Positions 1 to 9,066 of a DNA stretch of 25,474 nt are shown piece after piece. A program made the translations under genes and the position numbers. Source of the stretch: a virus (taxonomy: Duplodnaviria > Caudoviricetes); the IMG/VR virus record IMGVR_UViG_3300017912_001673, positions 1-25,474 of that record. One strand, 5' to 3'. Below the pieces are notes generated by a model. It was given only the letters and a program-made list of their open reading frames with translations. It was not told where the DNA came from and searched no databases. Numbering within the stretch: the first letter of the stretch is position 1; each line of letters opens with the position of its first letter.

Positions 1-3000
1 ATTCAATCCGGCCCAAGTCATCGCCGTCCGCTGGGGAGGCGCTGTCGCGGAACAATTTCAATATGGGGCTGTCGTCCGCGCCATCATCCGTTGACGTAAT
101 TGTTACAACGTCGCTGCTATCTTTGACGAGAACCTCGCCAGTTGCGTCGGGGAATGTGATGTCTCTGTCCGCAGTCAAGGTCGGCGGCATCAGGTCCATT
201 GTGAACGATGTGCCACCCGGCTGCCAGAAAGTAAATCTTGGGGTGTCGTGATTAAGGCCTAACTGACCGCCCGATGACAGGAACATCGTTTCGTAAAGGC
301 TGTTGTTCTCCATCGTGTGGAAATAGAGATAGCTGTCAAACGTGCCAGCCGATACGTCGTTCGTGCGACCAGATATTCTAGCGTAGTTGACAGGCGTCCC
401 GCTGTCGTCGTCAGCCTTGAAGTCAATGATGCCTTCATAGTCCCAGTCAGCAGGGCTGGCGTCATCGCTCTGCAATGTAAGACGTGCAGAGTTTTCACCT
501 GTGGCTAGTACTGTCGCGCCATCGGCTGTCGTCTCAAAGGTCTTGACGTTGTCGTAATAAAGCTCGACTGCGCCGCCTTCAACAAAACTAGCCATAAGTT
601 CAGAGCTGGCGGTGTTAAGAACTCGTAAATTCTGGCTTTGAAGCGCCAACGGACCTGTGCCAAAATCAACAATCCTGCTTGCACCACCGTCGTGATAAAT
701 TCTTAAATCTTCTGAAGCGCCAAATGTAAGGTTGTTCGTGCTGCTTGAGCCATCGGGAAGTTGTATGGCTCCTGAAGTGCCATCCTGCACAACGACCGTG
801 CCGGTAGCGTCAGGCAGGGTGATGGTGCGGTCGGCGGTTGGGTCGGTGACGGTTAGCGTGGTTTCGCTAGGGTCAGAAGTTGCGCCTTCAAACCGAATGC
901 CCACACCAGTCCCTAACTCAAGTGGGCCGTTGTTAATATAGACCTTGCCGTTTTTGTGCTGCATAGGAGTGGTGCCAGAGCCACCGTGTATATGCACAAA
1001 TTGCAGTTCGCCGCTCTCTGTCCCATCACTGGCGTCGTTAATCTCGGCAACAATCAGGCCATAATCTACATCCTGCGCCGCATCGTTTTTGCCCTTGAAG
1101 TTAATCTGACCAATGTCATCGCTGTCCGCAGGGGAAGCACTGTCGCGGAAAAGGCTGAGTATCGGGGCATCTACAGCACCATCATCCGTTGACGTAATCG
1201 TCACGCCATCGGCTGTCGTCTCAAATACCTTTACGGCGTTGTGATAAAGCTCTGCCGCGCCGCCGTCTGTAAATTTAGCATACGTCTGGCCGCCGCTGTT
1301 GTTCTGTAAGAACATATTCGACGCCTGAATAAGCATCGAACCGGCACCGCCCTCGTTGATAATGGACTGGTTGGTAGACGACTTGTGGAACAGCTTGAAG
1401 TCATCACTGTCGCCCAGACGGATTTCTTGGTCGTCGCCAAGCTCAAGGTGGCCGGTCTTTATCTCGACATCACCGCTAGAGTTTATTCTGAGCCTTTCGG
1501 TGCCGTCAGTATTGAAGGCATGTGAGTTGCCGGTTTCCCAGATAAACGGCTCACTGCCGCTGTCCGTTGTTGGTGGCTTTAAGCTGTAAAGCCTGCCGCT
1601 GTTGACGGTTCCGTCATATTGCGCGGAAAAGAAATAGCCGGTGTTATCATCTTTGTTGACCTTGACGCCGACTGTGCCGCCGGTGCCGTCTGCGTCAACT
1701 TCTATACCACCGCTGGTCGTCTCAACCTTTTTGGCACCGTTGTAATAAAGCTCTACTGTACCGTCGTCTTTAAACTTAGCCTTGTATTCGGTATTCAGCG
1801 CGTTAAGGAGTTGTATCTCATTGCCGGTGATTTTCAGAGAGCCGCTAGGATTTTGCTCTTGAATGAAGCTGTTGCCACTTGACGACTGATGCCAAATCTT
1901 CAGGTCGGTGCCGTCGCCAATGCGTAGCTCTTGGTCGTCTGCAAACGTAACGTCGCCGGTGAACGTGCCCCCTGCCTTTGGCATAGCCGCATCTGCTGTC
2001 GTGCCTTGTGCCGCAGTGGCGTAGTCAGATGAATCGAACGCCTTGACTTGTGCGAGGTTCGTAACCTCACTGTCCATCAGCGCACCAGCAGCAGTGACAT
2101 TGGCCGTGTCGGTTACGTCTGCTGATGCCTCAATCCCGTCTAGCTTGGCCCCATCGACAGACAAGTCACGTCCATCAACAGTCTCTGTCCCTGACATGAC
2201 AATGTTGCCAGTCATTGTGCCACCAGCTAAAGGCAGCTTGGTTGCGATGCTGTTCGTGACCGTAGTGCTGAAGTTGGCGTCGTCGCCAAGTGCAGCAGCT
2301 AATTCGTTCAGAGTGTCCAGAGTAGATGGTGCGCTATCAACCAGGTTTGACACTGCTGTGTCTGCGTAGCTGGTGTAATAGCTGCCTTCCTGGCCATCCA
2401 GAAGGTCGGCATCAAGGCCGGAGCTTGCGCCATCCACGGTTTTGATTTCGGTCAGGATTTCAGCGGCAGTCTGGTCAGCAGTTGCTGCCGTCTCAATGCC
2501 GTCCATCTTTGTCTTGTCGGCAGCAGACATGAGGCCCGCAGAGTCTGTGGCAGCTACAGGAATGCGCGCGTCGTCAATCGTGCCCGTTAACTGCGCCGCG
2601 TCTATGCTTTTGTTTGTAAGCGTCTGCGTGTCATTGAGCGTGACAACGGATGTGTCGATGTCAATCTGTACCGTGGTGCCGCTAGAGCTCGTGGTAATGC
2701 CAGAGCCGCCATCAAATGTCAGCGTTTCGCTGTCTATGGTCAGCGCAAAGTTGCCGCCGTCTGTATTTACATTGAGGGTTTCGCCAGTAGCCTGCGAGTC
2801 AACGTAGTCTTTGACGGCAGCGCTGGTCGGCAGCGACGTGTCGTTGTCGTTGCTTTGAATGCCTTCTGCTTCAGTGACAACAGCGCTGGCCTTGAGGTTG
2901 TCTACCTCGATGTTGCTAATCGTGTTGTTGTCGGCATTGATTGTTTTGTTGGTTAGCGTTTGGCTAGATGCCAGCAAAGCAACGTCGCTCACATTAGCGC

Positions 3001-3610
3001 CTGCCTCGGGCGCGCCCGTGCTGGAATTGAAAGACAGATACTTGCCTTTTAAGTCTGCGTTGTCAGGCAGCACAGACAAAGAGCTGTCGATGCTGCTGCT
3101 AACTACGCCGGTGTCAGCCTCTGGCCGCTGGATTGTTTTATTTAGCTGGTCTTCTATGCGCTGCACATGGAATGTCAGCTTGTCGAGCGCGTCCTCGTGA
3201 GACTCGGCTGGGAATGCGCCACCAGGCACATAGTTGGTTTCCTGGCTGATGGCCGGGACGCGAATAATGATGACGCTTTCGCCTGTCTGCGGGCGGTAGT
3301 CGGTAGTGCTGTAATTCGCATCTGACGGGTTGCCGGTGTCGTACTTAAATGTGACGTTGCCGCCGTTAGCGTCATCGACGCCGGACAGGATATATGCGGT
3401 GTTCAACCCCTCGCCGCCGACATGTGTGTCAGGGTCATAGGCCCCGCTGCGGGCTGTGTCGGTCGCAATGTGTGTTGCGCCGGTAGTATTATTTCTAATT
3501 AAAACAAGCAGTTCCGAGCTTGTGAATACACGGAATGTGTAGGCAAAGACATGCGTTGTGCCGTTGCCAGAATATAGCTTATAGGTATCAGAGCCGCTGG
3601 TTACTGTCAT
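1..3610 (-). CDS. Long modular tail fibre / receptor-binding protein, partial (>1203 aa, runs off the window); absent from the ORF track
   Basis: Manual translation from ATG 3610 is stop-free to base 1. The N-terminus MTVTSGSDTYKLYSGNGTTHVFAYTFRVF...FPAESHEDALDKLTF is a T7 gp17-like anchor. It is followed by fibre motifs (SQTLTNKTI, TSAAVKDYVD, GLDADLLDG, APSTLDTLNELAAALGDDANFSTTV, LPLAGGTMTG) and repeated beta-rich modules. Confidence 0.9.
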   Translation of the reverse strand, partial: MTVTSGSDTYKLYSGNGTTHVFAYTFRVFTSSELLVLIRNNTTGATHIATDTARSGAYDPDTHVGGEGLNTAYILSGVDDANGGNVTFKYDTGNPSDANYSTTDYRPQTGESVIIIRVPAISQETNYVPGGAFPAESHEDALDKLTFHVQRIEDQLNKTIQRPEADTGVVSSSIDSSLSVLPDNADLKGKYLSFNSSTGAPEAGANVSDVALLASSQTLTNKTINADNNTISNIEVDNLKASAVVTEAEGIQSNDNDTSLPTSAAVKDYVDSQATGETLNVNTDGGNFALTIDSETLTFDGGSGITTSSSGTTVQIDIDTSVVTLNDTQTLTNKSIDAAQLTGTIDDARIPVAATDSAGLMSAADKTKMDGIETAATADQTAAEILTEIKTVDGASSGLDADLLDGQEGSYYTSYADTAVSNLVDSAPSTLDTLNELAAALGDDANFSTTVTNSIATKLPLAGGTMTGNIVMSGTETVDGRDLSVDGAKLDGIEASADVTDTANVTAAGALMDSEVTNLAQVKAFDSSDYATAAQGTTADAAMPKAGGTFTGDVTFADDQELRIGDGTDLKIWHQSSSGNSFIQEQNPSGSLKITGNEIQLLNALNTEYKAKFKDDGTVELYYNGAKKVETTSGGIEVDADGTGGTVGVKVNKDDNTGYFFSAQYDGTVNSGRLYSLKPPTTDSGSEPFIWETGNSHAFNTDGTERLRINSSGDVEIKTGHLELGDDQEIRLGDSDDFKLFHKSSTNQSIINEGGAGSMLIQASNMFLQNNSGGQTYAKFTDGGAAELYHNAVKVFETTADGVTITSTDDGAVDAPILSLFRDSASPADSDDIGQINFKGKNDAAQDVDYGLIVAEINDASDGTESGELQFVHIHGGSGTTPMQHKNGKVYINNGPLELGTGVGIRFEGATSDPSETTLTVTDPTADRTITLPDATGTVVVQDGTSGAIQLPDGSSSTNNLTFGASEDLRIYHDGGASRIVDFGTGPLALQSQNLRVLNTASSELMASFVEGGAVELYYDNVKTFETTADGATVLATGENSARLTLQSDDASPADWDYEGIIDFKADDDSGTPVNYARISGRTNDVSAGTFDSYLYFHTMENNSLYETMFLSSGGQLGLNHDTPRFTFWQPGGTSFTMDLMPPTLTADRDITFPDATGEVLVKDSSDVVTITSTDDGADDSPILKLFRDSASPADGDDLGRIE
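26..1945 (-). repeat. Internal modular repeats in the long fibre gene
   Basis: There are three copies of a ...ELYxxxxKxxETT module (~1700-1945, ~1204-1440, ~517-735). There are three of a ...SPAD... module (~990-1198, ~320-500, <1-100) and two of TADRxITxPDATG (~800-845, ~137-185). Exact DNA repeats: 22 bp at 517-538 and 1204-1225; 20 bp at 81-100 and 1179-1198. Confidence 0.85.
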
Positions 3611-3616
3611 TTTTAC

Positions 3617-4834
3617 CTACGTTTTGATGATATAATTCAAAATGATGGTGGGCTGGACGTTATTATGTGCTCCGCCGCCGCCTGTGTTTTGGGTGCTGTA
3701 AGTGGTCGGCGAGAACTGAGTTGGCGAGTAACCAGAGTAGGCCGTGCCGTTATCTAATCCGACCTGTACTCGCGAGTTTGACCCCATGCTGTGTGAGTGC
3801 GATGGAATTTGCGCTGTAGTCAGGGTGTGCGTCTCGCTACCACCGGTCGCACCAAGCGTGTCGCCGTTGAGGCCGCCACTCTGATTGGTCAGCCTGTTGG
3901 CTGATGAGCCGCCCATGTCGTCCTGACCGGCAATAGCACGGCCACGCAGGTCTGGCAGATTAAAGGTGCTTGAGCCATCACCAGAGCCATATGTAGTTCC
4001 TAGTGCAGAAAACAAATCTGCGTAAGTAGTCCGAGAAACTGCTTGCCCGTAGGCCAACAGCCAGCCTGTCGGGGCTGATGTGCCAGCGTATGGCATCAGC
4101 ATACCAGCGGAAAAAGCTGCGCCAGATGCCAGTTTTGCCGCCGTTATAGAACCATCGGAAATTTGGTCAGTGCCAATAGCGTCGTCTGCTACTTTGGCCT
4201 GGGTTACAGCATCGTCTGCTATGTCTGCCGTGGCTATAGTGCCATCGACAATCTTAGCCGATGTAACCGAGTCGGCGGCCAGTTTTGCCGTTGTAACCGC
4301 GCCGTCTACCAGGTTGGCTGTGCCAATAGCGCCAGGCGCTGTCCCGGTGCTTTCTAAAGCAGCCATGTTCCCAGAGCTATCAAAGCCAAGGAACTTGTTT
4401 GCTCTTGTCACAGAGTTAGGGATAACTGTCGAAGCCGTGTCTGTCTCCGGCAAAATAACAGCACGGTCAAACACCTCTTGCTGTTCTTGCGCAATAAAAG
4501 TTAGACGGTCGAGTGCGTCTTCATGACTGGCAGCCGGAAACGGGTCGTTAGCCACGTAATCGGTGGACTGTGTAAGGGCAATCTTGCGTTTGATTAACAG
4601 AGTTTCGCCAGAGGCAGGGGCAGTGGTCATGGTGACGTTGCCGCCGCCAGCGTTGCCAGCGCCTGACACAGTGTAGTCTGCTGTCAGAGTCTTTGTCGTT
4701 TCAGCGCCGGTAGAGTCTGTGCGCACAATAACAGTCAGGTCTGCCGCTGCGAATATTTTAAAAGTATAAGCAAAAACAGTGGTGCTGCCGTTACCGCTGT
4801 AGCTTACTTTCGTTGTTGTGCTGCTGACTGTCAT
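3617..4834 (-). CDS. Tail fibre with T7 gp17-like anchor, 10-aa repeats and phage tail collar domain
   Basis: N-terminus YSGNGSTTVFAYTFKIF...PAASHEDALDRLTF; collar motif GMLMPYAG...GWLLAYGQAVSRTTYADLF...TFNLPDLRGR; HSH metal-binding motif; C-terminus AHNNVQPTIILNYIIKT. Confidence 0.9.
   Translation of the reverse strand: MTVSSTTTKVSYSGNGSTTVFAYTFKIFAAADLTVIVRTDSTGAETTKTLTADYTVSGAGNAGGGNVTMTTAPASGETLLIKRKIALTQSTDYVANDPFPAASHEDALDRLTFIAQEQQEVFDRAVILPETDTASTVIPNSVTRANKFLGFDSSGNMAALESTGTAPGAIGTANLVDGAVTTAKLAADSVTSAKIVDGTIATADIADDAVTQAKVADDAIGTDQISDGSITAAKLASGAAFSAGMLMPYAGTSAPTGWLLAYGQAVSRTTYADLFSALGTTYGSGDGSSTFNLPDLRGRAIAGQDDMGGSSANRLTNQSGGLNGDTLGATGGSETHTLTTAQIPSHSHSMGSNSRVQVGLDNGTAYSGYSPTQFSPTTYSTQNTGGGGAHNNVQPTIILNYIIKT
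4128..4337 (-). repeat. Seven tandem 10-aa (30-bp) fibre-shaft repeats, consensus D-x-A/S-V/I-T-x-A-K-I/L-A
   Basis: PGAIGTANLV DGAVTTAKLA ADSVTSAKIV DGTIATADIA DDAVTQAKVA DDAIGTDQIS DGSITAAKLA. Confidence 0.85.
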
Positions 4835-4852
4835 GTGTCACTCCCTAAACGG

Positions 4853-4881
4853 GTTATACCGTAAAATCTAAGTCATACCAA
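4853..4881 (-). promoter_or_regulatory. Candidate internal sigma70-like promoter for the fibre genes
   Basis: Minus strand TTGGTA (4881-4876), 17 bp spacer, TATAAC (4858-4853), followed by the AGGGAG RBS of the 4834 ATG. Confidence 0.35.
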
Positions 4882-7408
4882 GCGCGCCCGGTATGCCGCC
4901 GCCGTGTCTTGAAGGTGACAGGAAAAACTCGCTGCCGGTTTCTTTTTCAACTCTGCGCTCCAGCCGTTCGGTATACCCCGGGTTGGTGGCTTCCGACAAA
5001 CCGTACAACAGCAAGTAGTCAATGCCGAACTTTGCCCAAAACAAGTTTTGCCCTGGAATCAGCCGAAACGCTTGGTTAACTGATTGACTGGCAGCCTTTG
5101 AGAACTCGCCGCTCATCATGTTGCTGTAAACGCCCGCGATGTCGTCAATCATGCCAAACGTAGGGCCAGCAATTGTCTGTGTCAAAGACTGGCCATAGCG
5201 GTTGTACTCGCCAAATAGGAAGTCACCGTAGATGCCGAGGCCACCACCGGCTGTCATAGCTTCCGCCAAACCTGAAAACGCCCGCTCCCGCGTAAACACA
5301 TCCCGAGGCTCGCGGCCCTTGAGAATGTCCTTTGTCGCGTTAGACACGTAACCCATAGCTGTCATGCCGGTGATAAGCTGCACAATCCCAAGCGCACCAG
5401 ACTTGCCTTGCGCTTGTTTCCCGTAATACTGCCGGTATAGACCTTTTGTCACAAAGGTAATCGGAAATGATTTGAACTGCGTAATCATGCGTAGCGCCTC
5501 GCCAAGTGGCGTTCCGCGCTCGGTTCCTTGGTTCATTATGTTGCGTTCACGCGCGCCGGGTGTCGGCACGGCGGCGTCAGCACTGTCAGAATAGTAAGCA
5601 GACAGCTTGGTCCGCAGCTCGTCCTTATACGCTTGTCGCATCTCTGGCGTCACTTCTGTGCGCTGAAACATAGCTGCTGCTGCCGGGTCAACATCTGCGT
5701 CTTCAAGCTGGTCAATCATGCTGGCAAATATATAATCATTACCATCCGGCCCCTTGGTGTCGAGCTTGCGGAACATACGCAACTCTGACTCACCGATGTT
5801 ATACAGTGCCAGCGTCTGCCTTTGTGATTCTGGTATAGATGAGAATGGTTTCTTAGTGTTTAGGTACAGGTCTGCTGCCAACACTCTGGCCAAGCCGTCT
5901 TTCTGGGCACTGTTCCAAAACTGCATCCCGTTTAGCTTGAAGAATATTTGTTGAGCTTTCGAGATGCGGCCCGGCAACTGGTCATCGGCCCCGAACCTCG
6001 AATGAATGCTGCCCATGAATGCTTCTGTGCCAGTGCCCAGCAAATAAGCAAACTCTTGTTTTTGCTTGTCATTAAACGCTTTCATCACGTCTGTGATGGC
6101 GATGTTATACGACTCCAAGAAGCTGCGGCCTGTCTCACGCTGCAACAGTGTGGCTTTGGAGGCGATGTCAGAGAAAGACGAGATTGTTGCAAATCCGAGC
6201 TTCGACATGTTCTGGATTGCCCGCATAGATGCAGAGATGGCGGCCCCATCTAGTCCCATGGCCCTCGTGCGCTGCGCCCCGATAGCTCTAGTCGTGCCAT
6301 CAAGCTCCTTCATGCCGTTCTCGAGACGCTTTTTGGCCATACCCTCAATGTTGTACTCGTCAATCAGCCGGGTCAGCATTGCTTGTGGGTTGGTGCCGAG
6401 CACCTCCATAAGCGCGATTGACTGAGCGTCATTAGCAATCCCGTCGAGCACCGATGTGGACAGAGGCTTACCAGAGTATTGTTGCGCATATTTGAAAGAT
6501 GATGCTCCATCTTTGAAATGTAGCACCCTTGAGCCACTGAGCTTTTTGGCCAGGTTGGCTGGCCCCTTGAATGCTGTTAGTGGGTCGGTCTTGCCGTCTT
6601 CGCCAAACACAGAAGAAGTTTTTTGGAAGTTACCGCTCTCGAGGTGATTGTATGCTTCCCGCAAAAACTCCCGCCTTTTTGCCGCATCGCTAATCCCGTC
6701 AAATGTCTTTGCTTTGTCCAGCAGCGGGAAGATGTCATCGTACCATTTGTCGAACCCAGCATCGCGCAAGCGATTGGGGTCGTGCCTCTGTCTGACGACA
6801 TAGCTCTCCAGCTCACCAATGTTCGCCCCCGCACGGTTTTTCCGGTCGAGCAGATTCTTCTGCACCTTGCGAATAGCGTTTGCAATGTCTTGCGCCTCTG
6901 GACTTGGGCTAGGACCCACATCAAACATCGCCTTGTAAATCAGCTCGTCCAGCTCACCGGATGAGAATGCTTGCACAAGGTTTTTGCTTTCAAGTTCCGC
7001 CAAAAGCAGCCCGGCACCGTCGTTAAGGATGCCCTGCCTGCGCGAATCTACACTCAACCTGCCGCTACGGTAATTTTTCAGGGAGCCCACCATAATGTCG
7101 TAGATAGCTTGGTCCGCTGTACCGCGTCCCTCGCTTACATAGTCAGAAACATGCTGGCGCACAGCAGCTACGCGCTTCTGATTGATAAGGAAGTTACGCT
7201 TTTGAAGGGCGGCGTTAATCTTGGCTTGCTTGTGCAGTTTGATACGGCGCAAAGCAATCTCATCCTCTTGGGACTGCGAATATATTTTGTCGATGCGCCT
7301 CTCAATGTCGCCAGCAATGGCGTCGAGGATGTCGGTTGCTTCCTCTTCGGTAATCTCGTGCCCTTCTCGGGCAGCAGCACTAACGATGTCAGCCACGCAC
7401 TTATACAT
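4868..7408 (-). CDS. Large internal virion (ejection) protein, gp16-like position (846 aa)
   Basis: Last large helical ORF before the fibres. It has a QFKSFP motif and Gly-rich hydrophobic C-terminal segments (GIVQLITGMTAMGYV, GGGLGIYGDFLF) like epsilon15/BPP-1-type ejection proteins. TAATG overlap with the upstream gene. Confidence 0.75.
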   Translation of the reverse strand: MYKCVADIVSAAAREGHEITEEEATDILDAIAGDIERRIDKIYSQSQEDEIALRRIKLHKQAKINAALQKRNFLINQKRVAAVRQHVSDYVSEGRGTADQAIYDIMVGSLKNYRSGRLSVDSRRQGILNDGAGLLLAELESKNLVQAFSSGELDELIYKAMFDVGPSPSPEAQDIANAIRKVQKNLLDRKNRAGANIGELESYVVRQRHDPNRLRDAGFDKWYDDIFPLLDKAKTFDGISDAAKRREFLREAYNHLESGNFQKTSSVFGEDGKTDPLTAFKGPANLAKKLSGSRVLHFKDGASSFKYAQQYSGKPLSTSVLDGIANDAQSIALMEVLGTNPQAMLTRLIDEYNIEGMAKKRLENGMKELDGTTRAIGAQRTRAMGLDGAAISASMRAIQNMSKLGFATISSFSDIASKATLLQRETGRSFLESYNIAITDVMKAFNDKQKQEFAYLLGTGTEAFMGSIHSRFGADDQLPGRISKAQQIFFKLNGMQFWNSAQKDGLARVLAADLYLNTKKPFSSIPESQRQTLALYNIGESELRMFRKLDTKGPDGNDYIFASMIDQLEDADVDPAAAAMFQRTEVTPEMRQAYKDELRTKLSAYYSDSADAAVPTPGARERNIMNQGTERGTPLGEALRMITQFKSFPITFVTKGLYRQYYGKQAQGKSGALGIVQLITGMTAMGYVSNATKDILKGREPRDVFTRERAFSGLAEAMTAGGGLGIYGDFLFGEYNRYGQSLTQTIAGPTFGMIDDIAGVYSNMMSGEFSKAASQSVNQAFRLIPGQNLFWAKFGIDYLLLYGLSEATNPGYTERLERRVEKETGSEFFLSPSRHGGGIPGALGMT

Positions 7409-9066
7409 TACAACTCTCCCGGCACACAGTTTTGAGCCGCCCTCAAGGCAACGCTGTATCCTTGGTCGGCCTTTTGCTCAAGACGGTTGAACGTCTCAAT
7501 CTCTGCCTGCACCTCTGCACCCAACTGTTCGCTCTCTATAAAGTAGCGAATGTCATCCTCGAGGCGTTCGTTCTCTTCTCGCAGCCTCGCTAACATATCT
7601 TTGTCGAACGCCTTGACACCTTCGTCAGCCTCGCGCATGCGGGCCTCAAAATCTTTTACATCAAGAGACTTGCCAAGATTGTCTTGCTCACGCTGCCGGG
7701 CGGCAAAGAAATCATCTTCGGTCAGCTCCCCCGGAATATCCTCTGGGACTTCGTCTACCTGCCTATAGTATTCAAGAATCTGTTCAACTTGCTCGTCTGT
7801 GTAGCCTCGGGGGTCGATGCCGTATCTGTCGAGCTCGTCTTTAATTGCAAGCTGTTGCTCAAGGCGCGCAGGAAAGTCAGCGTCTGAAATTGGGTACACA
7901 AAATTACCATCTGCATCACTCTCGATGGCAGCCAGCAAATCGTTAATATCAGAGCCTTCACGCAGATAGCCAGCCTCTTCGGCCGCTTCGCGGACTTTGT
8001 CTAAAGGCTTCTGCTGTGGGGGCAGAGGTTTCCCTTTACGCTTTGGCGACTTCTTCAACAAGCTGTCTTTGCCGCCCATAGCCTGACGCACATCAGCAGC
8101 GTTAGGGTCATCGCGCAGAATGCCGCCAATAGACCTAATAAACTTGGTGATGCTCTGTGGCCTAGCCTCTTCCCTGTACGCAATCCGCAAGGCACCCGGA
8201 TATGCTTTCCCCTTTTTGGGCGGCATGACAGGCAGGTCGGCTTGGCCCTGCCGGACCTCCGTTACATCGCGAAATATTGGGTTGCCCCGCATCTGTGGGT
8301 CTTGTCTGACTGTCAGGTTCTGCTCAATTTCTTGCCCCTGTACCGTCTTGGATACAGCGTTTTCTTGCAAAGCCCGCACTGTTTTTGGGTTGGCCTTTCC
8401 GAGCGCGTCTGAAAACTTGCCGCCAACCACGTGCAGTCCGCCACCAAGCGCAGAACCAAAAGCTATATTCATAAATGCAGTAGCGTAGGTGTAATCCTCG
8501 TTTTGCTCGAGCATCGCTGTGGACAGCACAATCGGTTCTACGGCGGCTGCACCTACCGCGCCTTCCGCCAAACCCTTTCTTGCTCGAGCCACGCCCTTTC
8601 CGTGCTTGGCGATTTGCGCGGCGAACCGCGCCTGCCCTACAACTGGTATAAAAGATGCGGCTACATTCAAAGGGTCAAGTGCAGTGCCCAGCAAGCCGAC
8701 AGCCAACTGCCCCGACGCGAGGCCAAGTCCGCCCGGGGAGCGTTGTAGCACAAGGTTTCGTACAGCGCGTTGGTCATGCCTGTCCGCCAGTATTGATGCG
8801 GCTCCCTCGTTGATGCCGCCATCTGGTATGGTCAGCCCTTCGCGGAAAAACTCACTCTCTTCCCATTCTTGGGCTGAGAGCTTGCGCCCCTGCCCCTTGT
8901 TCGCAAGGTAATCAATAGACCGCATGGCCGATGCTAGAGGGTTTTCATAAAGCGTCTGGCCAAGAGTCGCCGCCAGCACCTGCGCAGTGGTTGCGTCAGT
9001 AACCTCAAAGTAATTCTGTCTCAGCTCCGGCGTGTCTGACTGCGCTGGGATAAAAAAACCGGCCAT
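7408..9066 (-). CDS. Internal virion (ejection) protein (552 aa)
   Basis: Gly/Ala-rich membrane-inserting-type segments (LDPLNVAASFIPVVG, NIAFGSALGGGL), acidic coiled-coil C-terminus, synteny, TGATG overlap. Confidence 0.7.
   Translation of the reverse strand: MAGFFIPAQSDTPELRQNYFEVTDATTAQVLAATLGQTLYENPLASAMRSIDYLANKGQGRKLSAQEWEESEFFREGLTIPDGGINEGAASILADRHDQRAVRNLVLQRSPGGLGLASGQLAVGLLGTALDPLNVAASFIPVVGQARFAAQIAKHGKGVARARKGLAEGAVGAAAVEPIVLSTAMLEQNEDYTYATAFMNIAFGSALGGGLHVVGGKFSDALGKANPKTVRALQENAVSKTVQGQEIEQNLTVRQDPQMRGNPIFRDVTEVRQGQADLPVMPPKKGKAYPGALRIAYREEARPQSITKFIRSIGGILRDDPNAADVRQAMGGKDSLLKKSPKRKGKPLPPQQKPLDKVREAAEEAGYLREGSDINDLLAAIESDADGNFVYPISDADFPARLEQQLAIKDELDRYGIDPRGYTDEQVEQILEYYRQVDEVPEDIPGELTEDDFFAARQREQDNLGKSLDVKDFEARMREADEGVKAFDKDMLARLREENERLEDDIRYFIESEQLGAEVQAEIETFNRLEQKADQGYSVALRAAQNCVPGEL

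Noticed and set aside
3608-3619. In-frame TAG-GTA-AAA-ATG between the two fibre genes (readthrough or amber recoding)
   Set aside because: Gene 1 ends in a canonical collar-fibre C-terminus and gene 2 starts with its own anchor. TAG also ends terL and other genes, and in-frame spacing occurs one time in three by chance.
1-4834. Diversity-generating retroelement, suggested by the BPP-1-like gene order
   Set aside because: There is no reverse transcriptase and no TR/VR pair with adenine-specific mismatches in the window. The fibre's 3' end lies outside the window, so a DGR is not excluded for the genome.
9052-9058. T7 homopolymer (slippery or phase-variable) just after the start of the 552-aa gene
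   Set aside because: The run is short, encodes Gly-Phe-Phe, and I saw no meaningful alternative-frame product.
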